A DNA stretch of 64,000 bases from the human T2T-CHM13v2.0 reference genome, Homo sapiens: NCBI RefSeq assembly GCF_009914755.1, contig NC_060936.1; one strand, 5' to 3'. The translations under genes were made by a program, and so were the position numbers. The notes beneath the pieces were generated by a model. That model worked only from the letters and a program-made list of their open reading frames with translations. It searched no databases and was not told the origin of the DNA. Shown piece by piece: positions 1 through 15,640 of this stretch. Every line of letters begins with the position of its first letter. The stretch's first letter is position 1.

Positions 1-1536
1 TTTAAATATCATTTTTATTAAAATTATCTTAATGTCTTACCAAAGTATATGTTATTTATAAAACACCATTTAACAATGTGAAACAATGTATTCAAAAGGA
101 ATTTAAAAGCAACATTCTAGAAAATCTTTGTTGTTGTTTACTTGATTCCATTTTTTCCATAGTGCTATTTTTCAGTTACTCACATAGTAGTTTACAGAAA
201 AGTGTATTATGTTTGTGGTAAAAGATTGATTCTATTTATCTTCTAAGCAACATATTTGTCTTGCTAGGAAAATGTTTTTCAATAAGAAAATGGCACGGTA
301 AATGAATTACCATGAGCTAAATATCAAGATTTTCATGCTGAACAAACCTTTAATTTATTTAAAACAAGCCTAATACTTTCAGAAAAACAATGTGCAATTC
401 TTTCTATAATAGGGTTCCTCCTTTATTCTTGAATATAAAATTATGATGTTTATATTGCAATAATTCAAAAATGTGTTAACATTAAGTTCTTAAACTGTAA
501 CCTCAGATATGTACACTTCCAGATTGCTTTTGTTTAATCTACTAATACAAAACTTTAGAGAAAGCACTTACCACAGTCCTGGCTCAAAATATTACTCACT
601 AAATAGTAATTGCTGTCATTATTTTTCAATGAATATATATTGTATCCAAATTCCTTTTTCTGGGGTTTTACACATATAGTTTCATTCTTCAGTGTATAGA
701 TACACACACACTGAAGAATGAATTAAAAGTGTATTCAGGAATGTGTATGAATTTCTTAGCATGAATTCCAAATTCCCACTGATTTTTCTCATTTTCTCAA
801 AACAAACAAAAAATCCTTTTTTCCCAATAATGTGTTTTTACCACACGTATGAGAACCTCAAAACCTTCTGTCAATGTCTAAAGTCTAAATAAGGCCCTAA
901 TGTACATATTGTATTTTTACTCAATACAAACTGTCACAAAATGCCAAAGTGCAATTCAGGAAAAGCAATTTCATGGAACACCAAAATAATGTTTTTCCTA
1001 AATTTTTATCATAATCATAATCTTAAAAATCATCTATGTTCTATGTTCTCCGGATTAAGATAAATGTACATTACAGAAAGAAAAAATACATTTTAGATCA
1101 TATCATAAGACCCTATTGTAAAATAGTTTTCTTTATTGTGGTATTGAGCCTTTAATTTTATAGCAATAAAGGTACATTTAGATGATTAAGAAGAAGAGAG
1201 GAGGAATAAGAGCCATTTTATTTCTTATTGGAAACACAAGCCCTGGCCTGCTTGTGTTAAAAATAAAATATCTTGTATTTTAAAATGCTGGTATTTAAAA
1301 TAAAATACTTTGGCTACTTCTCCAAGAAAAATAAAACACACTAAAGGAAACAAGAAAAAAGTTTGACGAAATAAAGTTCAGGAAAATGTGAACTTAATTA
1401 TAATCTTCTAAAAAAAACCATAAAATAGTTCTCCTGTATTTTTTCCAATAATGAACATCCCTTTTATGTTTCTAGTACATATAATTGTCTTATTTTAATG
1501 ATGTACAATTTTTAATAGCCAATAATTACTCCCCCA

Positions 1537-1537
<1 letters not shown>

Positions 1538-1584
<47 letters not shown>
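1538..1584. repeat. (CA)n microsatellite
   Basis: Uninterrupted CA run of about 23 units. Confidence 0.97.
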
Positions 1585-1588
<4 letters not shown>

Positions 1589-3400
1589 ATAAAATGCTTA
1601 GGTGGGCATCAGGTAAAGATATCTAAATAAAATAGTTTTTAAAATGAGTGTACCCACCTACACACATAATAAAAAGTAGTAACATATGTTTATTATTATT
1701 AACCAATAGTAAGTACTAGAGCTGATTAATGTGCACCCTAATACAAATGTCCATGGCAAAAGCCCTGATATAAGTTTCCCAGTTGGGGAAAAAAAAAAAG
1801 AAAAGAAAAAGAAAAAATGAAAGAAAATCTTTGAGTACCGAAGAAAGAAAAGAAGCTAGAAAATTCATCTTTGTTTTATTCTGGAAACAATACAAGAGAC
1901 ATATTATTTTTTAAAATGTAAAATAACCTTTATTGCTATAAAATGAAAGGCCCAATACTGCAAATTAGTGTGATTGCCACCATAGGATCCATTTGTAATC
2001 CTTAAATTGATTGGTTTCACTCTCTAGAACTTTTCTTCAAATGCCTGCTATACAGTCTGAGCATTGCATGCTGTGATAATGCTGAAATGATCACATGATC
2101 ATAATACACTATCTGGCCTCAGAGGACCTGCCAAAAGAAAAGGGGGGTTATCTTAACAATATGACAAATATTATGTTTGCAATATATTGTAGTATGAATG
2201 AAGTGTTGGAAGAGTGCAGAAAAAAGCTGCTTAGTTCAGCCTGTGAGAATGTGAAAAGAACCAATAACAAAGTGACACATGTTGGGGCTTGAAATTTGAA
2301 AAGGAATTTTTTACAGTGAAATGAAAAGGAAATACATTTAGGCTTTATTCATTTTGTAGATAAAGAAAAGAAGAATAAATATTAGAGAGAGTAAAAGGTA
2401 AATTGCAAAGAAATAGGGACAACCATAAAGACCCAATAAGGAATAGACAGTAGGTAACACTGGCTACCTCAGTGTACATCAATAAAAAGTTGAGTATGTA
2501 GAGAACTTAAAAAACAAGTAATTGCTGAAATCACTGCTACATAATTGCTGCAGTTACCGTTGAGTTTCACAATATATGTAACTTTCAAATTAGTAGTATA
2601 TTAATTACTTATACTTTAATAAACTCTGTATTCTACCTGGAAGAATACACACACTCATTCAAGATTAAATTCACAACAGTTCAGAATCATTCAGGCTTGC
2701 TTCAGGCACAGTTTGTGTCTCCAGCTCCTGTGGTATTTCATATTCTTGTGTTTAAATAATAGATTAGACATCACACGGGGATTGTAAAGACAAGAAACAA
2801 AACTTGTGTTACTTTACTCTTATTTTTATGACCACTTGGAGTTTTTACTTGTATTTAAAATTTAAAGCAGCAAGTGAAAACTATGGGTGTAATATTTTTG
2901 CTTTGCTAAAAATATTTTAACAATATCTTTTAAATTAAAATTTATTCTTTAAAATAATATTTAATTGTGTTTGTTACAACCAGGAAAGAAAACTGTATCA
3001 GTGGTAAAATTTGCTATTTGTCTAAAATATATCTTTCACAAACATTCCATGTTTATTAAAATTCCCTTTGAGTTACTGTAAAATTATGGTTGACTTTGAT
3101 GAACTGTTGTAGGTAAATATTTTCTCATGTAAAAATAAATCGAATTTAAAAGAATTAAGGGGGTACTTTTTTCTTTTTTGGTACTACAATATATTATTCC
3201 ATTATTTACTTTTTTTACTAAATTATTTTTCTACTGGTACAAATATAAAAATAAACAACAGAAAATTTTCCCATGCTGCATATCTTTTCAAGTCATTATT
3301 TTCAATTCATTTTACAGTTATTGTTGAATATTAATTTGCCATAGTAGGAAAATACAGAAATTGATCTACTCCATTTGACCTATATACTAGGTATACTCCA

Positions 3401-3628
3401 CAGGAATTGGCAAACTTTCTGTATAAAGGGCCAAATAGTAAATATGTTAGGGATTATAGGCCACACTGTTTCTGTGACAACAACTCAATTCCACAGTTGT
3501 AGTATGAAACCAGCCATGAATAATATGTAATCAAATGGTGGTTACTGCTTTCCAATAAAGCTTTATTTACAAAAATAGAGAGCAAGCTGTATTGGGGTAT
3601 TTGGTCATTGTTATTATATCTTGCTCTG
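3401..3628. mobile_element. MER58A-like hAT-Charlie DNA transposon (MITE)
   Basis: Starts CAGGAATTGGCAAACTTTCTGTATAAAGGGCCAAATAGTAAATAT and contains TTCCAATAAAGCTTTATTTACAAAAA, as in the recalled MER58A consensus; far end degenerate. Confidence 0.8.
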
Positions 3629-5599
3629 GAATACAAGTGAGAGACATGCACTAATAAGAAGACACTTTGTAGGTCATTTTCTTAACGTAGTTTATCAAAG
3701 GAGGAAAGATAACCAAATATGTCAGTGCTTATTCAAAAAGTAATTAGATTTCTTTTTCTCAGAATGAGGAAAGTAGGCTGATCAGATTCTCTTACAAATA
3801 TATTTCTTGATTTGACTTTTAATCCTAATAATATAAAATATATATTAGGGAATTAACTTATACCTTATACGTGATGATATAAAAATGAATGTATATATAA
3901 TCTAATCTCTTAAATAAAATATTTGACTCATCAAAATCAAGTCACTGCAGTATAAGAGCTAAATTTATCCGTCTAAATGTATCTATTTAAAGTGTACTCT
4001 ATATTTGCACATACAAAAGAATAAAAAGACTAAAACTGACATAAAATTATTTCACAATTATCATTAGTTTTGAAACAACTTCTCTATTGTGGCTACAAAA
4101 ATCACTAGATTATATTTTGGAAAGGCAAACGGAAGATGGGCAAGACACCTAAAATTCGGCAATAGCATTTCATTAGGTTTTCTTCCTATTTTTGTTTTGT
4201 TTAAGGAAAGATCATATTTACATGAAATTTGCCTTCATTTAGAGGGCTACTGGATTTCAAATCCAAACATGTTGTTTTCCTCATTATCAGTTTTACTTCT
4301 TAGCAATGTAAGTTTGATATCACCTTTGCTTACTCTCTGTATTACTCTCTGGATGATCAAAGTTAAATCACCATTTTTTGAGTCTTAGCAGCACAAGTAC
4401 TAAAATTTAAAGAGTAAAATATCATTCAGAGTGCTGTTTAAATGCAGTTCTGGACTCTACATCCATAGAGTCTACTATGATATGTTTGAGCCAAGGATCA
4501 GAAATACATATTTTTTAGTAAGTACAGTGGTTCCTGAATCAAATCTGGGAAATATTTAAGTGTGAAAGAGATGGTAAAAGGTATAATAAGTAAGGCACAT
4601 TAATACTACAAAATTACTTTAGTTCAGTGAATGAGTAATTTTCAATTGTGAATAGTACATTTTTGTTTGCTTAGAGAAAATTGGAAAACAGTTGTGTAAA
4701 AAATAAGTTGCTTTTGCTTCTCTGTTTGTTATTTTTTTTAAATTCTAGTTAATCCTGAAACATGGAAGAAATATCATCCTCGTTTTTTATGTATTATGGA
4801 TCTATAGGCTAATTAATGTGGGTATAAAATACCTGAATTTTCTATGTTGACATTCAAAAATAACTGTTTTAAAACCTAGACTTCAGTAAGTAACATATGC
4901 TAATATGTCTCAGTGTTTCCTTTACCTTATGCTTTAAAAACTACATCTGTAGGAAGATAAAGATTGACTTTACCATGGCATCTCAGAAGTGAATACCTAA
5001 AAAGGGGCAGGTTGTCCTTGCCCAGGGAGTTTTCTCTTTAATAATTTATCACTGAAATCTAAAGATTAGGAAAACATCTAATACCTTTGTACTATTTACT
5101 TCACTTACAAATGTCATAGAGGAAGAATAAAACCTTATTAATAAATAGAAAGCATATTCAGTCATTTCTAATCTCACACCAAATAAAGTTTATTACTCTG
5201 ATTCACACTGCAGACTTATTGAATTGTATCATCTCAATGGTCTTCTTGATTGAGAATAAATGCTTCATTAAATTTAAATATAGCAACATAATAACAATAG
5301 CAAAACCAGAGAGAATAATGACTGATGTTAAAGGATCACACATATCACTCTTTGGAAGACATTCAACTTCTAGACAAAATGAAAAGTTTGATATTCACAA
5401 TTACATAATAAATACAAAAGATTATGGCATGACATGAGGATATAAATGAATCAAAATTAATTTGAGAGTATGTAAAATGAGCTTGTAGATTGTTTTTGAA
5501 ATAGTAATACAGAAGAAAGAAAAAATAATGATGATCCGTAGGTTAATGACTATGGCAACCAGGGGGATAGTAATAAATTTCATTGAGATGAACAATAAA

Positions 5600-6708
<1,109 letters not shown>

Positions 6709-7909
6709 AATTTTATCTTGTTTTATTCCTCCTTTCTTTCCTTTCTTCCATAATAACCAATTTTTCATTCAAAAACCCCATGCTAATATGCAAGATTCCC
6801 AGTCATAGGAATAAATGAAAAATTGAATGAAAACTTTGAATGAAAAGTTGGTCAGTGGAGATGAAAGAAAAGAAGGGAGGAATAAAACAAGATTAAATTA
6901 GGTCATAGAAAGAGATATCTATCAATTTTCAATCTGGTGAGGAATTGAAACTGAATTGGGCTAACTTTAGCAGAGAGGAAAATTATAAGGAATTATATGA
7001 GAATGTCCACATAACTAACAATAAGGCTAGATAAACAGGCACAGAAAAAAAAAGATTTATCTGGGATCCAGAGAGCAGGATTAAACAGTTTGATATCAGT
7101 AGCCACACAGCAATGAATGAATTCCAATTTCATTTCCAATTCTTTTATTCTGTTAAAAAAATTACATTTCAGTAAGAAAATATGTGACTGACTTAATTTA
7201 GATTACACACACATTCCTTGGCAAGGGAAAAGCAGAGAATCTTGATTAACTACACACCTACCACATTCCAGTGGAAGGAAGGTAATCCGGCAAAAGTAAA
7301 CTGAGGTACTAGTACAAAAGAATTTGCAATTTATGATAGTAAAATTATTAAAGTCTTGTATAAGGCCCCAGAATCTTTATTTTGCTGCTGCCACAACCTG
7401 TGGTACTTTTAACAGCTTAATAAGTTAACTGAATTTCTACTTCTATAACTTAGCTAAAATACAATGCCTTCAGGAAAACCCTTCCCATATCAGTTCCAAT
7501 TTTTGTATGTTCACTGAGTATAGCATATTTTTTACTAGATAATCATGTTAATCTCTTGTAGTTAGCAATTTACTTGTGTGATTATTTGATTAAAGGTTAA
7601 AATGCATATCACTTTTGCTCAAATATTATCTCCAGTATTAAGCACAGTGCCACTCATAAAGTGAGTGTGCCACATGCAATAACTGAATAAATGAATAAGC
7701 ATAGGAATGCTATTTGATATGAGAATGTATGAGTTTATTAAATAACTTTAATAGAATAAGCCTAGTACAGGAACACTTCAGGGCTGAACAGGGGAACAGG
7801 AACCCAAAGGAATGCTCAGTTCAGTAGTTTAAAAAAAAAAAAAAAGATTTTGCTGAGTCACAGAAACTACGAGGAGAGTGTTTAAAGGAAGAAGCAGTCA
7901 AGCCACAGA

Positions 7910-8285
7910 TCTTAGTATGTTTAATGTTGCTATTGCAGAATATCTGAGGGTGGGCAATTTACAAAGAAAAAATACTGAGTTGGCTTACAATTCTGGTGGC
8001 TGGAGGGTTTCAGATGGGCAGTTGGATCTGGTACAGACCTCATGCTCCTTCCACTCCTGAAGGAAAGTGGAAGGGGAACTGGTGTGTGCAGGGAGAACAC
8101 ATGGTGAGAGAGGAAAGAAAAACTTGCTCACCGAAACTCACCCATTCCTGACAGAATTCACTCATTCCTGAGGGAGAGCATTAACCTATTCATGAGGGAT
8201 CTGCTCCTATAACCCAAACAACTGCCACTGGGCTCTGCCTCCCAACACTGCCACATTGGAAATCAAATTTCAGCATGATCTTAGG
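7910..8285 (-). mobile_element. Solo MaLR LTR, MSTC/MSTB2-like
   Basis: TGTTGCTATTGCAGAATATCTGAG...TGGCTTACAATTCTGGTGGCTGG...ATTCATGAGGGATCTGCTCC...CAACACTGCCACATTGGAAATCAAATTTCAGCATGA. Confidence 0.8.
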
Positions 8286-8859
8286 AGTAAGTTTCAGAAG
8301 ATATATCGAGGAGGTGAGAACTCAGAAACATAAATTGTTCATCACCTTTGAGATGCTTAGTTTGGAAACTCCATCGCAGGAAGGGCAGTAGCTGGGTAAG
8401 AATGGGAATTCCAAGGACTTTTTGTTTATCTATTGAGATTGCGTCCAGCTTCTGTAGTATTTGAGAAGAGACAAATGTAAATAAGCCTATATATTTACAT
8501 TAATAAATTAAAACTGAAGAAAATTTTGAACATGTAGATGAGAAAAGAGTGAGTTGACTGAGGGAAAAAAGGAAGTTGAAAAATCCAGGTTATTACCTTT
8601 AGAAAAAGAAAGGGGCATCTCCAATTTTAAGGAAGCAGAATAGGAAATCATTTTAACAACAAACAAGACTATAGACATGGAACTAGATATTTGAGGGAGA
8701 TGTTGCCTATTTGACATAGGAAGGCAAGATCATTTCACAATCAAAGTAATACAGATGAAAAGATAAGAAACTGGAATGGTTCCACCAGCACTAGAGAGAA
8801 ATAAAAAGGTAGGAGAAAGAGTTTGAAAATTAAAATGCCAGGCAGCATTGGATATCAAT

Positions 8860-9013
8860 CAGCTTCATGGACCCTGAAGTTTAATCATACCTCTTTTAAA
8901 GAAAAGAACAGAAAATCATAAACATAAAAATTAGCATGAAGCCTTGGGAGGGGTCTGTGCAGGTGTGGGACACTGACACTTAAACATTTTAGCTTCATGG
9001 TAAGTTTGCCTCT
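8860..9013. mobile_element. hAT-Tip100 family DNA transposon remnant (Zaphod/MER115-like)
   Basis: CTCTTTTAAAGAAAAGAAC...GCCTTGGGAGGGGTCTGTGCAGGTG...TTAGCTTCATGGTAAGTTTGCCTCT resembles a recalled Tip100-family terminus. Confidence 0.45.
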
Positions 9014-9184
9014 CATCATAATGTGCTGATGAATTTTGTGTGAAGGGCAAAAAGTATTGCTCTAGCTGTGCCATGGAGAATGGATATTAGGCATGGAAGT
9101 CAGGAGGTAAACAAAGTAAAAGATGGCAATAAACATGAGATGAAAACAGTTTAAAGACAATATCTATTGTTAATTATTATTAAG

Positions 9185-10215
9185 GCTTTGTTTTCTTAGA
9201 GCAATATTAAGTTCACAGAAAAATTGGAGGAAGGTACAGAGATTTCTCATATCCCCTTTTCTCAAACATGCATAGCCTCCATTACTATCAAAATCCCCCT
9301 TGGTACAATTGATGAGCCTCACTGTCGCATAATAATCACCCAAAGACCATATTTTACCTTAGGGTTTATGCCTGATGTTGTACAGCCTATGGGTTTGGAC
9401 AAATGTCTAATGACAAGTATCTATTATTATAGTATGATGCAGAGCATTTTTCACTGCCTTAAAAATCCTGTGCTCTACCTCTTCCCTTTTCATCCCTCCA
9501 AGTACCCCAACCCCTGGCAAATAATGACCTTTTACTGTCTCCCTAGTTTTGCCTTTTCCAGAGTGTCATCTGGTTGGAATTATACAGTTATAATACTTTT
9601 AGATTGGCTTTTCTCACTTAGTAATAAGCATTTAAAATTTTTCCTTACTGTTTTATAGCTTGATAGCTCTTTTTGTTGTTATTGTTTCTTGTTTGCACTA
9701 AATGACATTCCATTGTTTGGATATACTGCAGTTTATTTATTCATTTACCTACTGAAGAACATCTTGGTTGCATAGAGTTTTGGGCAATTGTAAGTAAAGG
9801 TTCTATAAGCATTTATGTGCACATTTTGGTGGTCATAAGGTTTCAGCCTTTGGATGAATAACAAGGTGCCATGATGCTGGATCATACGGTAAGAATACGT
9901 TTAGTTTTATAAGAAATAACCAAACTGTCTTCCAAAGTGGCAGTACCATTTTGCATTCACACTAATAACAAATAAGAGTTCCTGTTGCTCCATGTCCTCA
10001 TCAGCATTTGGCAGTGTCAGTGTTCCAGATTTTATCCATTCTAATGTGTACATAGTGATATCTCATTGTTGTTTTGCTTATTTCCCTAATGATATGTGTT
10101 GTGAAACATCTTTTCATATGCTTATTTGCCATCTGTATGTCTTCTTGGGTGAGGTGACTGTTAAGGTCTTTGACCCATTTTTAATCAGGTTGTTGATTTT
10201 CTTATTGTTCAGTTT
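9185..10215 (-). mobile_element. L1MC-type LINE-1 3' fragment
   Basis: Reverse 3' UTR (GTTCACAGAAAAATTG...TATGGGTTTGGACAAATGT) grading into reverse ORF2 end (CAAACTGTCTTCCAAAGTGG, CATATGCTTATTTGCCATCTG). Confidence 0.85.
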
Positions 10216-10534
10216 TTTATTATTAAGATTTCTCCCTACAAAAACTAACCCAATTAACCACATAATGAGTTCCTTACTGGTAAAGGCAAATGAACATTTT
10301 TGGTCTTTTTCAGAATGTAATAAATAACAGTCATCCTTCATTTTAAATAATCAAATATTAAATATAATTATTTTTTGATATTCCTTTGCCTAAAGTCTCA
10401 CTACAAACAAGTTTAACAAAATTCCTTGAGATAAACTTCAAAATAATGCAGAATGAATATGCATGTTATATTTTTTCTTAATTAATGTAAGAGGGATAAG
10501 ATTGTTTAAAAGCTACACGAAGATTTTTTCTTTC

Positions 10535-10830
10535 ATTGAAATTGTTATTGGGATAATTAGATTCACATACAGTTATAAGAAATAATATAGAGATATACCT
10601 TGCATAATTTACTATTTCCCCCACTGGTAATATTTTGCAATAGTGTAGTATAATATCTCTACTAAGATATTGACATTCATACAGTATTCTTATCTCATTC
10701 AGATTTAGTCAGCTTTCAGTGTACTTATTTGTGTGTGTATCTTTGTGTGCATTTATTAGGTTCTATATAATTTTGTCACTTGTGTATTCATCATCACAGT
10801 CCAGATACTTAATAATTTCAACACCATATA
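10535..10830 (-). mobile_element. Old L1M (L1MC/MD-type) 3' end fragment
   Basis: AGATTCACATACAGTTATAAGAAATAATATAGAGA...TTTCCCCCACTGGTAATATTTTGCAA. Confidence 0.7.
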
Positions 10831-12069
10831 TCTGAGTATTTTCAAAGTTAAATATACAAAATATTTTATTTCTCTACCTAATAAAATACATGGATAAAAA
10901 TTGGTGAATTGAAGTTTTTAGAACTCAAAAATTAAGAACATTTGAAGAAACATCACACCTGACACCTTCATTTTACTGGATGCAATGAAATGTAACCATC
11001 ACTTAGTTGCATATAAATCAGAAGTGAGAAGGCCAGTTTCTAAGATATTCCAAGTCAGATATTAAAATGAGGTTAAGAGGTTGAGATGATTATCACAATA
11101 GACATTGTACATGAACTGATTTCTGATTATAATTATTTCCATAGTGCTCTTTCTGTGCCTTAAAAATGAACAAAACAAAAACTCAGGTATAATTTTATGT
11201 ACTTCTTTTAATGTAATTCATTAAATTCACAGGAAAGATATATTTGCCAGTGGAAAACATTTATGTAAAGTACATGCTTAAAGTATAATTATTCAAGTTA
11301 CATGGTGTTTAAAATATATCCTGTATAAACGTGAATAGTTGCATCATGTTTAAGTAGAAAAAGATGCATTTTACTCTTGAAGAATATACTTATAAAATAT
11401 ATGTTTAAAGTATAATTGTTTATGTAACTATGTGCTGTATAAATATGTAATTATATTTTACATGTGAATTTTTAACAAAATTTCTTTAAAGGAGAATTAC
11501 AGCTTTCAATGGCAGTATTTTTTGGCTTTATTATGACAAATTTCTGAAAAAGAAAGAGAGAGCATTTACCATAATCTCTTCCTCCAGAAACTTTTTCCCA
11601 TGACAGAACTTAGACTTGCATTGAAATTATCTTTTTTACTTCCCTTTTCTAGACTCAGTGCATAGATAGGCTTTTGCACAGTTCAACTTCATGGGCATTG
11701 CTATGGGAAGTTATTTTCTTCCTGAGGCTAACTAGCTCCATGGAGACAGAAGCCTCATTTCTTGCTAGATGATGACTGGCTCCATTTCACAATCTTGGAT
11801 GTAGACTCAAAGCCTCTGCTTGACAGGGTAGATTTTTCTGTGGAATGTATTAGGTGTGGCTATGTTTTCACTTAGAGCCAGGAATCACTAGAAATTAGCT
11901 AAAGGATTGTACATGAAAATTCAAATTTTTGAAACCGATAGATAAGTGAGTTAAACATGGTGAAAAACAGAGCTTATCCTGAGTATAACAGTGGAGTGGC
12001 TAAAGAGTAAATTGGAGACATAGAAACAAATCAGGGCTTTCGATAATTGTACACTAGTTTTGTAGGATA

Positions 12070-12340
12070 CAGTCTTAGTTTTAAGGGAATGCACACAGAA
12101 GTATTCAGGGCTAAAGGGACACCATGTCTACAACTTACTCTCAAAGAGTTCAGAAAGAAAAGATATATATATATATATATGCACACATATGTATGTGTGT
12201 GTGCATTTGTGTGTTTATGTGTGTATATGTGTGAAAAGGTTAATGTAAATGTGATAAAATAGAAGTATTTGGGAAACTGATTTCTTTGTATTATTATTGC
12301 AACTTTAATATGTCTGGAATTGTCAAAATTAAAAGATAAG
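12070..12340 (+). mobile_element. Old L1M (ME/MD-type) 3' end with TA/TG low-complexity tract
   Basis: GAAGTATTCAGGG...ATGTCTACAACTTACTCTCAAA...TTCTTTGTATTATTATTGCAACTTT. Confidence 0.6.
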
Positions 12341-13298
12341 AATAAAATACAAAACTAAACAGTTAGAAATTAGCCAATGTATTTTTCCTTCATGTCTAGA
12401 AGTTACTGTTTGATGATATAGGGGGAGAACAAAAGGGAAGAAACAAAAACAGGTTAACTGAAAACAAATGAGACCAATTAAAATTTGTCTAAAATGAACC
12501 TTAATATAATCTTTCTTTTTCCATCACACTGCCACTACAATACTCTGAGTCCTGCTGTCTTATCTGGACTGGTGCAGCAGTCTCCTAATTGGTATTCCTG
12601 CTGCCAATTTCACTACACTCTCCATTAATTTTCCTAAGTCATTGCATTACAGGAATATTTCAATGTTTCCTATCACTTGCACAAGATTTAGGTGCCTAAA
12701 AGTTAGGAATTGAGTCTTACTAACTGCCATATGCATCAAAACTTAGGCCCTAACTGATAGGTAGTGTTCAAAAGATGGTGATTTAACCAGAAGCCAAACA
12801 AAGCAAGCAGTCATTGCTTTACAGACATTTTATATATTCTTATTGTAAATATAAGAACAAAGCAACAGAGAAACTATATGTTCATATTCAGCTAAGGTAA
12901 TATAAAAATCAAAGTTAAAGAGCTTTGGAAATTAACTTCCTGGAAAAATGACATACTTTTCGGTTGGTTGCTTCTTAGTGTTATTGCCAAACTCAGAATC
13001 CTAGACTGGATAAAACATCATTAAGAGCTTATTTTATAATTTTTCTCTTTTTATTAGAGAAACAAACTAGTAAATTTCTTATAAATTTTGTTTTGGCTGA
13101 AATTTCCAAATAGCTGAAAAATATCAAGAAAAGTGGATAGGGCATAGAGAGTAATCACTAATGTTATATACAAAAAGGAGATGAACACTTTTCTTACGCT
13201 CTAAAGTATAACAATAATAACATATAAGAATAGTATGACAAGTCAGTGCCATCTAAGGGGCCTTGCAGTACAATTCCTCAGAAGCACATCCGCATCCA

Positions 13299-13301
<3 letters not shown>

Positions 13302-13356
<55 letters not shown>
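13302..13356. repeat. (CA)n microsatellite
   Basis: Pure AC run of about 27 units. Confidence 0.97.
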
Positions 13357-13359
<3 letters not shown>

Positions 13360-14499
13360 GCAACAATATGCAATGGAAAGTACATTACAGTGGAATTAAA
13401 ACTATCTGGAATTAAACTAGTTTAATTTTAATTAAAATTAAAATTATAACTATGGCTCTGCCCCTAATTCACTGTGGTTTCTTATATGGTCATTTAGCTC
13501 TTCTGAACTTTAATTATCTTAAAAGTGAGGATAATATGTACTTATGAGAGAAATCAAATCTGTAAAATGGGACTAGTATTTCTCAAATGAATCACATCTT
13601 GGAACAGAGATAATAATTTTTTGTAAAATGAAATAACATAAAATTTTACTTAAAATCATGTATTTCTGTGTTTACATAAACTAATTGTAAAAAGAAACAC
13701 ATTGATACATTTGTAAATAAAAGGTGTGACAGTTGAAGCAAATCTTGTAGACTATCAGCTATTGCAAGTGAGAGAATGTTGCAATCTAGCTTCCCTGTCT
13801 TGTTTATCTTGGCACTAAATAGGGGGTTTCAGCTTCCCCAAAATACTGACAAAAGTCTTTTCAACTTTGTTTCTCTTCCATAACCTCAATGCAGAATATC
13901 ACAGTAGGAAGGAATGAGAGAGGAAAACAAAGCCATTGAAAGACTATCTGCAGACAAAGGACTGGTGCCAATGCACACATGAGTTTCCAATTTTCTGACT
14001 TTAATAATTTTTTTTCAAAACCATAAAAATGTATTTTTGACTCATTCAATTCCATAGGCTTGGACATTGGTGGATATTGTTCAAACTATGTTTTATAGGT
14101 AGGGAGGCTTATAAATCTTAGAAGAAGCAGCATCTTCACATAGATGAGAGTTATGAATTAAAACACATTCTTACCATTGAAATATTCTTTATATTGGAAA
14201 TGCAGCTCAATATGTCCAATGAAACTCTACTGCAAAATGGCCTGTTTTTATAATAGACTTGGAGCAGAAAAATATGGTTACTAACCCAAATATGGTTGAT
14301 GTATGTTTAATTTATCCAATTCTTTTGAATTCTTATTGAATAGTATTTACAAATTTGAAATTATGTCAGTTATAGGCATAATTATTATAAAATTCCTAGA
14401 AACATTTTTCCTAATCTGTATTTAGTATTAATCTATATTTAGTATTATTTTTACACATCATCTTATGTCTCTCAAATCCTGACAAAGGCAATGATGACA

Positions 14500-14734
14500 A
14501 TAATGATATCTAGCATCATTTGCAAAGTATTTATCATGTTCTAGACTGTGCGCTAAATATTTAATGTGAATTCTCTTAGTTTTCACAGAAGCCCTATTAG
14601 GTACCTTGAGGAAACTGAATTTAAAGAGGATTTAGAAACTTGCCCAATTTCACAAGGATAATAAATGGTAGGAACACGATTTGGACAAGGGAGTTCTACT
14701 ACAGGACATTTGCTTTTAACTATTTCACTATGCT
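14500..14734 (-). mobile_element. MIR SINE
   Basis: MIR core TGAGGAAACTGA...AACTTGCCCAATTTCACA and TGCTTTTAACTATTTCACTAT end. Confidence 0.7.
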
Positions 14735-14854
14735 CTTGCTCCTGGACAGATAACTAAATTTTATGGCAGACTTGAGATTATTTTATACTAACTAATTGCT
14801 GGTGGCAGAGGGAGACATTCTGGCTGCAGTTTATCTTTTTTTTTTTTAAATGTA

Positions 14855-15640
14855 CAAAGAACTTTAATAGACATTTTTCCAAAGATGATATACCAATGGC
14901 CAATAAGCACATGAAAAGAGGCCCAACATCACCAGTCATCAGGGAAATTCAAACCAAAACCACAGTGAGACACTATCTCACACCACTATAAAAAATCAGA
15001 AATAACGAGTGTTGGCAAGGATGTGGAGAAATTAGAATGCTTGTGCACTGTTTGTGGGACTGCAAAATGATGCACCCACTATGGAACAAAGTATGGAAGT
15101 TCTTCAAAAAGTTAAAAATAGAACTACTACATGATCCAGCCACTCCACCTCTGCGTATATACCTAAAATAATTAAAATAAGAGTCTCAAAGAAATATTTG
15201 TACTTCCATGTTCAAAGCAGCATTATTCACAATAATCAAAAGAAGGAAGCAATCCAAGTTTGCATTGATGGGTGAATGGATTAACAAAACATGGTATCTA
15301 ACATGCAATGAAATACTACCCAGCCCCCAAAAGCAAGGACATTATGACACATGCTACAACATGGATGCACTTCAGACATTATACTTAGTGAAATAAAAGC
15401 CAGACACAAAAAGAGAAATACTATATGTTTCCATTTTTATGAGGTACCTGGAATAGCTAAATTTACAGAGACAGGAAGTAGAATGGTGATTGCCAGGGGA
15501 CATGAGGAAAGGGGAATGGGGATTTGTTGTTTAATGGACATAGACTTTTAGTTTTGTGAGACTGGAGGAGTTCTGGAGATTGGCTGCACAACGTAAATGT
15601 ACTTAACACTATTGAACTGTACACTTGAAACTATTAAAAC
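14855..15640 (+). mobile_element. L1MB-type LINE-1 3' fragment
   Basis: ORF2 C-terminal remnant (ORF track MFKAALFTIIK...) followed by 3' UTR AGAATGGTGATTGCCAGGGG...ATTGAACTGTACACTT. Confidence 0.88.

Noticed and set aside
4089-4388. 99-aa ORF in unique sequence
   Set aside because: GTG start, no recognisable domain, length compatible with chance
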